A DNA stretch of 64,000 bases, taken from Octopus sinensis (taxonomy: Eukaryota). The DNA lies in the NCBI RefSeq assembly GCF_006345805.1, contig NC_043021.1, forward strand, positions 9,114,001 to 9,178,000. The letters are read 5' to 3'. The notes beneath the pieces are model-generated. The model had not been told where the DNA came from. It saw nothing but the letters and a program-made list of their open reading frames with translations, and made no database searches. The translations under genes and the position numbers were made by a program. The stretch's first letter is position 1; every line of letters begins with the position of its first letter. Shown here piece by piece: positions 54,701 through 62,880 of this stretch.

Positions 54701-55847
54701 ATGGCCGTTGCCAGCCTCGCCTGGCACCTGTGCGGGTGGCACGTAAAAAGCACTCACCACACTCACGGAGTGGTTGGCGTTAGGAAGGGCATCAAGCTGT
54801 AGAAACATTGCCAGATAAGACTGGAGCCTGGTGCAGCCTTCTGGCTTCCCAGATCCCCGGTCGAACCGTCCAACCCATGCTAGCATGGAGAACGGACGTT
54901 AAACGATGATGATGATGATAAGCCTACACTAGGGGACTTCCGGAAGAAATTCAACATAATGTATGCTGTTGATAACATAGCTGAGCCATAGGATGATGTG
55001 AAACCCTTATCTTTGGATGATTCTTGTAAAAAAATATGTAGCCAGATGTATCCATGACTTTACAAGTTTCCACAAGCAGAAAGTTTACATCATATTTGGA
55101 AAGATATTACAACACTTACAAACAATGTCGGGTTTGAAGAGAGGTCATAGAAGATTAAGTGGTCGCATTGCATGTGTGCTACACAGAAAACTTATGAAAC
55201 AAGGAACTGATGCCGTTAGAAAAAGAACAAGCTGAGAATGTAGATGATAACACGGAAATACCACCAACTCTACTTGAAACGACTGCAAAGAATTATAGCT
55301 AACAGGTCGACACTTATAAAGAGGAAGGCCTGAAAGCATTTGCTGATAACAAGTCTAATGATGAATGTAACATAAAAGTTACAAGGGGAGTTTACAATGA
55401 GTTCGTTTCCTATCCCAAGTTGTGCAAAATAGATGACGTGTCATATAGACATCAAATGACTTCAGATTGGTTCTTCGCCCCTCAAGCAGATGTCAATGGC
55501 GATGAGCAATAAGACAAAAGACAGCATCACTCATCCTCCCAATTACTCATTCTACCACCACCACGACCACCACCACTCACAGAGTAGTTAACACACTAGG
55601 ATATAAGAACATATCTTATTATATACTCTTTACTCTTTTACTTGTTTCAGTCATTTGACTGTGGCCATGCTGGAGCACCGCCTTCAGTCGAGCGAATCGA
55701 CCCCGGGACTTATTCTTTGTAAACCTAGTACTTATTCTATCGACCTCTTTTGCCGAACCGCCAAGTTACAGTGATGTAAACACACCAGCATTGGTTATCA
55801 AGTGATGGTGGGGGGACAAACACAGACACACAAACATATACACACCC

Positions 55848-55907
<60 letters not shown>

Positions 55908-58900
55908 CATATATATATATATGACGGGCTTCTTTCAGTTTCCGTCTATCAAATTGACTCACAAAGCTTTGGCCGACCCAAGGCAATAGTAGAAGACACT
56001 TGCCCAAGGTGAAGCATTCTGCTACCTGGAAGACTCTAGGAGAAGGGAAATTTTCATTACAGGTGATGATACAAAAAAAATGGCTATGTACTTTCAGTAA
56101 TATTATCAGGAAACATTAAATCAGAGTAGCATAATGTACTTTACTTGTACTTGCAGAGGCATTCACCTGGGGTGGGTCAAGCTGGCTCCAAATAATTTCA
56201 CCACAGATGCTGCAGCCACGGATGTCATTCATTGCTGAGGTGTAGACTTCATGCTCAGAATTTCAGTGAGAATACATGTTCACATGTGGTCTCCAGTCAC
56301 ATGCAGTCACACTTTGGGACAGTGTGACCAGTAGCCGCTCATCACGCCACTGACAGTCAACCGTTGCTACTTGGGTTTTATGCGTCCGACAGTAATGTAG
56401 GACACTTAATATTAAGTAGCAACAACAACAACTAGTAGCAGCACACATCTGCAGTATTTGTCATATGAAATATGCACATGTCATTTGAAAGTGAAGCCTT
56501 GTCATTTCAAAGTGAGATTAATGATTTCAAATTGTAACTTTGCTACTTTAAAATGAGATTAACTAGGTGCTGCTGGCTTAATTACGCACGACTCAAGTTA
56601 GAGAAGGGGTGCATTTTATACACAAGGTTTAGGTTTTTCAGAAGTACAGCCCCCTAAAAATCCCCTGCGTATTATACTCAAGGGCGGACTATACTCGAGG
56701 ATTTATGGTACTCACCTGGCCTGACATGATTTTTTTTTACAGTAGACTGGAAACAAACAGCACTGTATGACAATGACATTCATTTACAGCCAACACTTGA
56801 CGTCAGGGCAAGAGCATACGCACAAACACACACATATATATATATATATATTACGTCTTATGTAAGCAAGCATATGTTTGTTTTTGAAGCGCTGAAGTGC
56901 ATCGTAGCACAAGTAGAAAGGTGTATTTTTTCAACACGTAAATACTGATAGAACAGCATATCTAGGATACAATCCTTACAGAGCAGAAAAATCTGTCAGC
57001 AACCAGCCATGAGACTCGAACTCACATCCCTTCAATTTCCGGTCAAAGTGCTTTACCGTTTAAGCTAAACTGCTTTACTGACAAATTTTTCTGCAATTTA
57101 GAATTTATAAACTCGTCTAGAAACACTAGATGGAATAGAAATTACATCATATATAAACAAACACAAGTTTGTTCTAGTCCATCTAGCGGGCTAGTGCTTT
57201 ACCATCTATCTTAAATGGTAAAGCACTTTGACCGGAAATTGAAGGGATGTGAGTTCAAGTCTCATGGCTGGTTGCTGACAGATTTTTCTACTCTGTAAGG
57301 ATTTTATCCCATATATTCTGTTCTACCAGTACTTATGCACTGAAAAAAATATAGCTTTCTACTTGTACTACAATACATACCTACATATATACATATGTGT
57401 GTGTGTGTGTGTAGGAAAATAATATGCGCTCACTTGGAATTACAAAGAATGTACTGACAAAAGTGAAATATGACAGAGAGAAAGTCGAACAATAAGCCCA
57501 TTATCAAGTAAGAAAGAAAGAACTAGAAACATTCAAACCTTGTTTGAAAGGCTTGAGCAGACAGGAAAACACAAAAAGTAGCAAACAAAACAAAAAGCAA
57601 ACACAGGCATGGAGACATAAATCACCAGCAGTATATAAGAGTCACGTCCTCAACATGGCTAAAAGGATTTAGTGACCCTACATAAAAAGGCTTGGTGGAC
57701 CCTACATAAAAGGGCTTGGTGGACCCTACATAAAAAGGCTTGGTGACCCTACATAGAAGAGCTTAGTGACCCTACATAAAAGGGCTTGGAGACCCTACAT
57801 AAAAGGGCTTGGTGGACCCTACATAAAAGGGCTTAGTGACCCTACATAAAAAGGCTTGGTGACCCTACATAGAAGAGCTTAGTGACCCTACATAAAAGGG
57901 CTTGGTGGACCCTACATAAAAGGGTATAGTGGACCCTACAGAAAAGGGCTTTGAGACCCTATATAAAAGGGCTTAGTGGACCCTACATAAAAGGGCTTAG
58001 TGGACCCTACATAACTGCACACTTGCAAGCTATTTCACAGATTGAGATGCATCAAAGATTGGGAGATCATGATATGCAGGATATGTGATAGGGTACTCAA
58101 CATTCAGAGGTAGGAAGGTATATTCAAGTCCGCAGAGACGAGAAAGTTAGGTAATGACAGAAGGCAATGTGAACCGGCAAATGTAGTGAAAACAGATCCA
58201 GGCAATGTGTTCGAGAAAGCAGACAATACAAAGTGGGGTGAAGACAGGCAGTACAAGCAGTGTAATAGTGCATGGGGACATTAGAGTATACTGGTCACAA
58301 ATGGGTCAGTTTAGCTTCCTTTACAAGGCTTTGATATGAGCTGCAGAAGCTGAGTCATGGGGGCAATGATAGCAGTGAGTGGAAAGTGGTTGGGTTATGT
58401 AATGGATGGAAGCACTCCGTCGATTACGACGACGAGGGTTCCGCTTGATCCGAATCAACGGAACAGCCTGCTCGTGAAATTAACGTGTAAGTGGCTGAGC
58501 ATTCCACAGACACGTGTACCCTTAACGTAGTTCTCGGGGATATTCAGCGTGACACAGTGAGTGACAAGGCCGGCCCTTTGAAATACAGGTACAACAGAAA
58601 CAGGAGGTAAGAGTGAGAGAAAGTTGTGGTGAAAGAGTACAGCAGGGATCACCACCATCCCTGCCGGAGCCTCATAGAGCTTTAGGTGTTTTCGCTCAAT
58701 AAACACTCACAACACCCGGTCTGGGAATCAAAACCGCGATCCTACGACCGCGAGTCCGATGCCCTAACCACTGGGCCATTGCGCCTCCACTGGGTTATGT
58801 AATAGTGAAGGACAGAAAGGAATGTTTAAGTCAGATGGTCAAATCGGTGCAGTGGAATCCTTAATTACACTGCTAGTGTAGTACCCTGTGAAGGCGCATG

Positions 58901-59375
58901 GCTCAGTGGTTAGAACGTTGAGCTTACGATCGTGAGGTTGTGAGCTCAAATCCCAGACCGGGCTGCATGTTGTGTTCTTGAGCAATACACTTTATTTCAC
59001 GTTGCTCCAGTTCACTCAGCTGTAGAAATGAGTTGCAACATCACAGGTGCCAAGCTGTATCGGCCGTTGCCTCTCCCTTGGATAACACTGGTGACGTGGA
59101 GAGGGGAGGCCGGTATGCATGGGCGACTGCTGGTCTTCCATAAACAACCTTGCCCGGACTTGTGCCTGAGAGGATAACTTTCTTGGTGCAATCCCATGGT
59201 CATTCATGACAAAAGGGGATCTCAGATATATACACACACACACACACATTTATTATGCATCACATGTCTGGATCACCAATAGAACCAGTAACTTACCACG
59301 AGCACAGCCTATGAGAAACTCCTCACTGCACGACAGTCTTTTACACACTAGATGTGTGCATTTGCGGTTGAATAC
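6240..59375 (-). CDS. SLF1: SMC5-SMC6 complex localization factor 1 (ANKRD32) orthologue; 18 coding exons in window, 5' exon missing
   Basis: The spliced 2832-nt ORF has matching phases at all 17 GT-AG introns. The N-terminal BRCT ([49 protein letters not shown]...APSRWR...AFNNWKV) and ankyrin repeats (GETKLHIAC...[22 protein letters not shown]...TPLHDAV) match human SLF1 as I remember it. Confidence 0.93.
6763..6991. mobile_element. piggyBac-type MITE family (ttaaccctttag...ctaaagggttaa); other copies at ~21567-21793, 29569-29766, 36211-36439, 37365-37598 and 43852-44078
   Basis: TTAA-flanked CCC/GGG termini and a shared ~225-bp body. Confidence 0.82.
7750..7893 (-). CDS. SLF1: SLF1 exon ([19 protein letters not shown]...SDII)
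   Basis: ggaag|GA acceptor, G|gtgaga donor; ankyrin capping motif. Confidence 0.9.
8955..9080 (-). CDS. SLF1: SLF1 exon, ankyrin repeat 3 ([33 protein letters not shown])
   Basis: taaag|GT acceptor, G|gtaaat donor. Confidence 0.92.
9147..9672 (-). mobile_element. CR1-clade LINE 3' fragment, same family (short copy also at 4058-4263, plus strand)
   Basis: ORF 9229..9660 is nearly identical to ORF 33361..33810. Confidence 0.9.
9870..10004 (-). CDS. SLF1: SLF1 exon, ankyrin repeat 2 ([31 protein letters not shown])
   Basis: gcag|GC acceptor, T|gtaagt donor. Confidence 0.94.
10205..10405. mobile_element. hAT MITE, same family
   Basis: Same TIRs; TSD ctctagaa/ctctacaa. Confidence 0.85.
10619..10908 (+). 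mobile_element. tRNA-headed short element with a hammerhead motif (10811-10855), preceded by an inverted partial copy of its head
   Basis: A box TGGCGTAGTGG and B box GTTCAATTC; HHR CTGATGA a ggctg..cagcc GAAG; 10619-10668 is the reverse complement of the head. Confidence 0.75.
11590..11661 (-). CDS. SLF1: SLF1 exon, ankyrin repeat 1 ([24 protein letters not shown])
   Basis: gaag|GT acceptor, G|gtaag donor; ankyrin consensus. Confidence 0.92.
13098..13249 (-). CDS. SLF1: SLF1 exon leading into the ankyrin domain (SHNVLAED...NVNKRNYK)
   Basis: tgtag|A acceptor, G|gtaaat donor; phase 2/1. Confidence 0.88.
14906..15303 (-). mobile_element. Non-autonomous Helitron
   Basis: 5' TC, 3' hairpin cccgagcaacgccggg followed by CTAG, inserted between A and T; homologous to 29776-30161. 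Confidence 0.82.
15304..17538 (-). mobile_element. 5'-truncated Penelope-like element (RT C-terminus plus GIY-YIG endonuclease, probably Hydra clade), left arm of palindrome
   Basis: YKDD RT motif, [19 protein letters not shown]...[17 protein letters not shown]...[28 protein letters not shown]; frameshifted. Confidence 0.88.
15334..15392 (-). ncRNA. Type I hammerhead ribozyme motif in the PLE 3' repeat (G12 mutated)
   Basis: aataa CTGACGA gatgccagagcag tttt ctgccctgacatc c AAAA ctcag TC tcatt. Confidence 0.7.
17539..19646 (+). mobile_element. Inverted copy of the same Penelope-like element, right arm of palindrome
   Basis: ORFs 17557..18827 mirror 16315..17500. It carries a CSCRDKNLC (CxCx5C) linker and a C-terminal CPH, and its 3' UTR mirrors 15304-16300. 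Confidence 0.88.
19554..19614 (+). ncRNA. Type I hammerhead ribozyme motif in the PLE 3' repeat (cleavage-site U mutated)
   Basis: aataa CTGACGA gatgcc...gatatct GAAA ctcagag GC ttatt. Confidence 0.72.
19680..22590 (-). mobile_element. Degenerate 5'-truncated Penelope-like element, Naiad-like (RT, Cys linker, GIY-YIG)
   Basis: Motifs [71 protein letters not shown]...[29 protein letters not shown]. Interrupted by a MITE (~21570-21791) and a SINE (~22303-22531). Confidence 0.85.
19759..19807 (-). ncRNA. Minimal type I hammerhead with a G3-C8 core variant
   Basis: ttgtca GTGAACA g gtcgc ggtctcaaa gcgat GAAA atat TT tggcaa. Stems I and II pair, and stem III lies within the palindrome AAAATATTTT. 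Confidence 0.62.
25895..25953 (-). CDS. SLF1: SLF1 exon ([19 protein letters not shown])
   Basis: tttag|GTA acceptor, AC|gtgagt donor; phase 0/2, which bridges the neighbouring exons. Confidence 0.8.
26185..26606 (-). mobile_element. Same tRNA-plus-hammerhead element, decayed and interrupted by a SINE (~26305-26457)
   Basis: Head at ~26495-26570 on minus; decayed HHR at ~26245-26290; inverted 3' tip (atatagaactgta) at ~26594-26606. Confidence 0.65.
27496..27722. mobile_element. piggyBac-type MITE inserted into a SINE
   Basis: TTAA TSD and TIR ccccttaccc/gggtaagggg; the SINE sequence resumes on both sides. Confidence 0.85.
28480..28640 (-). CDS. SLF1: SLF1 exon (YGCQDDL...IRLPWL...INLTNL)
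   Basis: tgcag|AT acceptor, CTC|gtaagt donor; phase 1/0. Confidence 0.86.
28867..29097. mobile_element. PLE-type terminal repeat with a decayed hammerhead (28936-28970) and an inverted partial copy
   Basis: gttt CCGACAA a gagc tcc gctc GAAA cat TA aac; 28867-28935 is inverted at ~29026-29097. Confidence 0.6.
29150..29530 (-). mobile_element. Decayed RTE-type LINE RT fragment with a Cys-rich insertion
   Basis: ...DFICSRC...[14 protein letters not shown]...VARVRTG...FRKL.PL on minus. Confidence 0.6.
29776..30161 (+). mobile_element. Non-autonomous Helitron, same family
   Basis: A|TCTTTATATATAAAAG...cccgagcaacaccgggcgatactgCTAG|T. Confidence 0.82.
30749..30795 (+). ncRNA. Type I hammerhead motif (G12 to A)
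   Basis: ccatca CTGATGA gacc aagaaa ggtc AAAA ctacatga TC tggtgg; stems I and II pair. Confidence 0.7.
30960..31410. mobile_element. Nested pair of a second TTAA MITE family (another copy at 24300-24525)
   Basis: TIR ttaaccctttc/gaaagggttaa; the inner copy at ~31057-31283 splits the outer copy at TTAA. Confidence 0.75.
31678..31837 (-). CDS. SLF1: SLF1 exon ([17 protein letters not shown]...VSKEIY)
   Basis: tctag|AAA acceptor, T|gtaagt donor; phase 0/1. Confidence 0.86.
33046..33208 (-). CDS. SLF1: SLF1 exon (SKHNG...CLIRSIIWG...DLPEVYR)
   Basis: ttcag|T acceptor, AGA|gtaagt donor; phase 2/0. Confidence 0.86.
33325..33880 (+). mobile_element. CR1-clade LINE 3' fragment
   Basis: [12 protein letters not shown]...[12 protein letters not shown]...SYEERL...SLEKRR..DLI...[13 protein letters not shown], plus a 3' UTR. 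Confidence 0.9.
34235..35050. repeat. ~21-bp minisatellite (catgtgtccatcccatacacac and variants) inside an RTE LINE remnant
   Basis: Clear tandem periodicity; the minus-strand flank reads [11 protein letters not shown]. Confidence 0.9.
36450..36566 (-). CDS. SLF1: SLF1 exon (SSLQLPVS...[20 protein letters not shown])
   Basis: gcag|G acceptor, AG|gtaatc donor; phase 2/2, open frame. Confidence 0.86.
36597..36761. mobile_element. pogo/Tigger-type MITE
   Basis: Termini TACCGT...ACGGTA with internal gtgtataagg/ccttatacac inverted repeats. Confidence 0.65.
37044..37124 (-). ncRNA. Type I hammerhead motif with a long stem II
   Basis: gcac CTGATGA tggtactgcaattaaattga...tcaattaaatggagccgctt GAAA cgg TC gtac. 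Confidence 0.6.
38228..38397 (-). CDS. SLF1: SLF1 exon (RNRSSLL...LFPPG...EWEFVKETV)
   Basis: ttcag|AGA acceptor, TT|gtaagt donor; ends phase 2. Confidence 0.88.
38574..38957 (+). mobile_element. tRNA-derived SINE, young family (copies at 23426-23810 +, 46560-46941 -, 48380-48763 -, 58404-58790 -)
   Basis: Head ggcgcaatggcccagtggttagggcagcggactcgcgg...ggtttcgattccc; the copy at 58404-58790 has a 13-bp TSD tgggttatgtaat. Confidence 0.9.
39464..39640 (-). CDS. SLF1: SLF1 exon ([14 protein letters not shown]...YLMKDILL)
   Basis: ctag|ATT acceptor (alternative AG 7 nt downstream, exon start 39633); TTG|gtatgt donor. Confidence 0.85.
39770..40322 (-). mobile_element. SINE with a (GAT)n tail and internal ~60-bp tandem subrepeats (copies at ~14625-14850, 22745-23040, 32310-32760, 49315-49630, 54612-54918, 63107-63422)
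   Basis: Shared 3' end ggagtggttggcgttaggaagggcatccagctgtagaaac...ggacgttaaacgatgatgat, and repeated gtggcacgtaaaaagcaccatccga units. Confidence 0.85.
43290..43602. repeat. Degenerate tandem repeat built on gtaacaccaa/gtaacagcca motifs (~52-bp higher-order unit)
   Basis: Recurring ctgtaacaccaaggtgtaacagccagtag. Confidence 0.7.
43670..43786 (-). CDS. SLF1: SLF1 exon with poly-Gly11 and poly-Gln6
   Basis: ggcag|CTT acceptor after a pyrimidine tract, AAA|gtaagt donor; 117 nt, phase 0/0. Confidence 0.72.
44253..44384 (-). CDS. SLF1: SLF1 exon (DSLPDTS...[15 protein letters not shown]...QKYLR), basic NLS-like motifs
   Basis: gcag|GAT acceptor, CGG|gtaggt donor; 132 nt, phase 0/0. Confidence 0.8.
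44786..45005. mobile_element. hAT (Charlie-like) MITE
   Basis: TIR cagtggttttcaa/ttgaaaagcactg with a perfect 8-bp TSD gcttagac. Confidence 0.9.
45062..45448. mobile_element. Same tRNA-plus-hammerhead element: full copy on minus (45062-45300) head-to-head with a 3' partial copy on plus (45312-45448)
   Basis: HHR on minus 45109-45150: acac CTGATGA aggctg gaggatatat cagcc GAAA cgtgtt. Second HHR on plus 45323-45367. Confidence 0.78.
46321..46504 (-). CDS. SLF1: SLF1 exon, BRCT2 (ILSYGGA...[10 protein letters not shown])
   Basis: ttcag|G acceptor, GAT|gtaagt donor; phase 2 in, phase 0 out. Confidence 0.9.
47113..47522 (-). mobile_element. CORE-like tRNA SINE with an internal microsatellite (many copies, e.g. 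11187-11578, 12426-12824, 13666-14000, 26823-27245, 36783-37300, 45495-46150, 55625-56010, 62470-62830)
   Basis: Head ggcgcaggagtggctgtgtggtaag and a CORE-like tggcaccttgggcaagtg. Confidence 0.85.
48046..48286 (-). CDS. SLF1: SLF1 exon, BRCT1 end to BRCT2 start (GVWILTPDF...YEWG...RRIIYQR)
   Basis: ctag|GT acceptor, AG|gtaag donor; lies inside ORF 48042..48431. Confidence 0.93.
50724..52907 (+). repeat. Tandem array of 11 copies of a ~198-bp unit derived from a Tc1/mariner transposase N-terminal (HTH) region
   Basis: The unit encodes [16 protein letters not shown]...RSVWTP.FI...REKIRQNP, and the last copy runs into single-copy transposase sequence. Confidence 0.9.
52908..53135 (+). pseudogene. 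Tc1/mariner-superfamily transposase fossil
   Basis: [14 protein letters not shown]...[15 protein letters not shown], containing the first catalytic Asp motif; in-frame stops. Confidence 0.78.
53270..53850. mobile_element. About 160-bp AT-rich inverted arms flanking a decayed hammerhead (53561-53640)
   Basis: Arm ~53272-53432 is the reverse complement of ~53695-53850. Centre: CTGATGA ggggggtgtcaa...ttgacacgtctct GTAA cggc. Confidence 0.55.
54240..55450 (+). pseudogene. Tigger/pogo DDE transposase fossil interrupted by a SINE
   Basis: Decayed matches to PxNTTxxxQPxDxGVIxNFKxxY (PKNT...[20 protein letters not shown]) and the upstream LxLDNA motif. Confidence 0.55.
56895..57377. mobile_element. 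Head-to-head inverted pair of a tRNA-derived element
   Basis: Arm 56895-57063 is the reverse complement of ~57210-57377. The head tagcttaaacggtaaagcac...gagttcgagtc has A and B boxes. Confidence 0.65.
57660..58014. repeat. 23-24-bp minisatellite (gaccctacataaaagggcttggtg), about 15 copies
   Basis: Direct tandem copies visible in the sequence. Confidence 0.92.
58890..59220 (+). mobile_element. tRNA-derived SINE (copy at ~8455-8785 -; related heads at ~35425-35920 -)
   Basis: Head ggcgcatggctcagtggttagaacgttgagcttacgatc...gagctcaaatccc. Confidence 0.85.
59297..59375 (-). CDS. SLF1: SLF1 exon, BRCT1 ([26 protein letters not shown])
   Basis: Acceptor ctag|GTA after a pyrimidine tract; donor G|gtaagt; 79 nt, ends phase 1. 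Confidence 0.9.
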
Positions 59376-60904
59376 CTAGTGGAAGAGAAAGAGAGACTGG
59401 TAAGAATTCTTTGAAAAAACAAGGCAATTAGATCATCATCATCATCATCACAATCATTAATATCATCGTCGTTATCATCATCAACAAGGTCACAATGACC
59501 CGGTGTGAGAACTTTCAAATGGTTATACTCAAGTACTATCAGTGGTCATGTTCAGAATGTAAGAAACAGCAGCAAAATGTCCCTCAACTCATGCCCTGCC
59601 ATTTTGAAAGAGGAATGGCACATTGTATTACGTAGCCCTAGTTGCAAAAAAATGACAGGATGGTCATGGCTGGAACATTTTTTGATCATGAGCAAAGGCA
59701 AGATTCTAAAACTAAGGTGTCACACAAAAAGCATTGGAGTGGGTTTTGGCGCCGTGTAAAAAGCAGAGGTGACAGTGTGGCATAAAAAGCACGCAATACA
59801 ATTTGTGAAGTGATTGGCATTAGGAAGGGTGTCTAGCTGTAGAAACCAATCCAAAATAGACTATAGAACTTGCTGTAACCCCTGGCTTTGCCAGTTTCTT
59901 ATTTCTTTATTGCCCACAAGGGGCTAAACATAGAGGGGACAAACAAGGACAGACAAACAAAGACAGACATTGACCCCAGTGCGTAACTGGTACTTAATTT
60001 ATCGACCACTGAAAGGATGAAAAGCAAAGTCGATCTCGGTGGAATTTGAACTCAGAACGTAAAGACAGACGAAATACCGCTAAGCATTTCGCCCACTGTG
60101 CTAACGGCTCTTATTTCTTTATTGCCCACAAGGGGCTAAACGTAGAGGGGACAAACAAGGACAGACAAAGGGATTAAGTCGATTACATCGACCCCGGTGC
60201 ATAACTGGTACTTAATTTATCGACCCTGAAAGGATAAGAGGTAAAGTCGACCTCGGCAAAATTTGAACTCAGAACATAACAGCAGATGAAATACCTATTT
60301 CTTTATTACCCACAAGGGGCTAAACACAGAGGGGACAAACAAGGACAGACATAGGTATTAAGTCGATTACATCGACCCCAGTGCGTAACTGGTACTTGAT
60401 TTATCGACCCCGAAAGGATGAAAGGTAAAGTCGACCTTGGCAAAATTTGAACTCAGAACATAACAGCAGACGAAATACCGCTAGGCATTTCACCCGGCGT
60501 GCTAACGTTTCTGCCAAGCCATATGTGACCCATGCTAGTACCAACATAGAAAACAGATGATAAAAGTTGATGATGATGATGATGATGTGTTCAATGATAC
60601 CATCCAACATTCAGCTAAGCAACAATGTATGAAAAACTTATTAATTATATCAACAATTATATTAACAATGCAATAAAAATATTTCAAAACAGTTCAAACG
60701 TCATTAGTATAATGAATGCTGATGAGTTAATTAAGTCTTTCCTGCTGTCACATTGGCCATGTGACAGCTGCGCTAATAAAGGGCTGATACTATTTTATAA
60801 GCCAAGGTGGGTGAAAAGCAACACAAACATGGCCAGGATTGAAATTCAGAGCAGAAGGAGCTACACAAACTATTGCAACATATCCTGCCTAACAATACCC
60901 TAAC

Positions 60905-61585
60905 ATCAGGCATTCAAGAGAATACCCTTCATCAGGCATTTGCCATATTCTGAACGCCTTACTTCCCTGGGCACGGATACATTGAAACTCCGACGTTTGG
61001 CAGCTGACTTAACAGACACCCATAAAATTATTAACCATCTTACAAACAATAACTCTGAGCACCTTTTCAAACTCCACCTGTCTAAAACTTAAGATCATTT
61101 GTTTCTTCTTCCAACTGAGACGAAACCGTTGTACAGGATCTTGTTCAGTGTCCGGTCATTACTGATATATGGAGACACCCATAAAATTATCAACCATCTT
61201 ACAAACAATAACCTTTTCGAACTCCACCCGTCTAACACCCGTGGACATATTTACAAAGTCAGAAAACAGCACAGCTCCCATGACTTTAGGAAACATTTTT
61301 TCACGCTGAGAGTTGCTGAAGCATGGAACAGACTGCCGGCATCAGTTGTTAGTTGTCGGAGCACTGCATCCTTCAAAACTTCCATGCTTCCTAAGATTTG
61401 CCAACATTACACCTGTTTTTTCTCCCCTCCATACACACACAAGCATGTATCTGACTCGTACACTGTTCACTTCCCAGACATTTGTACATTACTGCATATG
61501 CTTTATACACACTTTTGACAAGTCGTGGTGCACCTGAGCACTGTATACAATAATTTCATTATTATTATTATTATTATTATTATTT
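60905..61585 (+). mobile_element. Second CR1/L2-type LINE 3' fragment with an (ATT)n tail
   Basis: PYSERL..L..DTLKLRR..DL..HKII...TRGH.YK...RKHFFTLRVAEAWNRLP. Confidence 0.8.
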
Positions 61586-62005
61586 TAATGATTCTATTGA
61601 TTAAAACACCTCACTCACACAAGCACACATATTTACTCCAATGTATCAATAACCTGTCATGTACGTTATGTGCTGTTAACTAAATTTTCATTGATGATAC
61701 TAAAAAAATACAAATATTTTCTATCTTCGAGTACTTACTAACCTTATTGTACTTGGATTATTTTCATTGTTGTATGTCTGAAATAGCTATCTATTCCCAT
61801 TATCATCATCATTTAATATCCATTTTCCATGTTGGCATGGGTCGGACAGTTTGATAGGAGCCGGTCAGCTGAAGAGCTGCCCAGACTCCATGTCTGTTTT
61901 GGTATGGTTTCAACGGCTGGATGCCCTTCCTAACGCCAACCACTCTACAGAGTGTACTGGGTGCTTTTATGCAACACCAACAAAATAAATTAAAGAAATG
62001 TACCA

Positions 62006-62077
62006 AGTTCCAGCAAGTTTCGAACTCACGACCATTTGCATGGTAAGCAGACATGATAACCACTACACTACGATACA
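62006..62077 (-). pseudogene. tRNA-Val-derived pseudogene or SINE head
   Basis: gtatcgtagtgtagtggttatcatgtctgcttaccatgcaaatggtcgtgagttcgaaacttgctggaact resembles eukaryotic tRNA-Val; acceptor-stem mismatches, anticodon ACC. Confidence 0.6.
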
Positions 62078-62847
62078 TACAAAGAAGTACCAATCACTAA
62101 CAGTAGAGGAAAGTTGTGGAGGTGGAAGACATGGATGCAGTATTGAAGATTAAAGGCTAATCTCAAAATGCTGAGCCTGACAAAGGTGATGACAGAGAAC
62201 CAAGATATGTGGTGCATTGCTGTACTTGAGAAGACCTGCCCACCACAACAGAATTGAGATCCTAAAACCAAGGTGTCACGCAAAGAGCATTGTTGTGGGT
62301 GTTGGTGCCATGTAAAAAGCATCCAGTATATTCTGTGAAATGGTTGGCATTCAGAACCCAAGCCAAAAACAGAATATGGAACCTGGTGCAGCCCAGCCCA
62401 TTGGTCTTGCCAGTTCCTGTCAAGCTGTCCAACCCTGGGAAAATGGATGTTAACTGTTGATGATGATGTACAGGAGTGGCTGTGTGGTAAGATGCTTGGT
62501 TTCAGGTTCAGTCCCACTGTATGGCACCTTGGGCAAGTGTTTTCTACTATAACCTCAGGCCGACCAAAACCTTGTGAGTGGATTTGGTAGACGGAAACTG
62601 AAAGAAGCCTATCAAATATGTGTGTGTGTGTCTTTGTCTCTGTGTTTGTCCCACCACCATCACTCGACAACCGATGTTGGTGTGCTTATGTTCCTGTAAC
62701 CTAGCGGTTCGGCAAAAGAGACTGATAGAATAAGTACCAGGCTTTAAAAAAGTCCTGGGGTCAATTTGTTCAACTAAAACTCCTTAAGGCAGTGCTCCAG
62801 CATGGCTGCAGTCAAATTACAAACAAATAAAATGTGTGTGTGTGTGT

Positions 62848-62880
<33 letters not shown>

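Noticed and set aside
56140-56450. Unique-looking segment with AG/GT boundaries as an exon
   Set aside because: It contains stops, and the BRCT exons on either side join seamlessly without it; probably transposon-internal sequence.
57660-58014. 23-24-bp repeats as a CRISPR or iteron array
   Set aside because: A simple head-to-tail minisatellite without spacers, in eukaryotic intron context.
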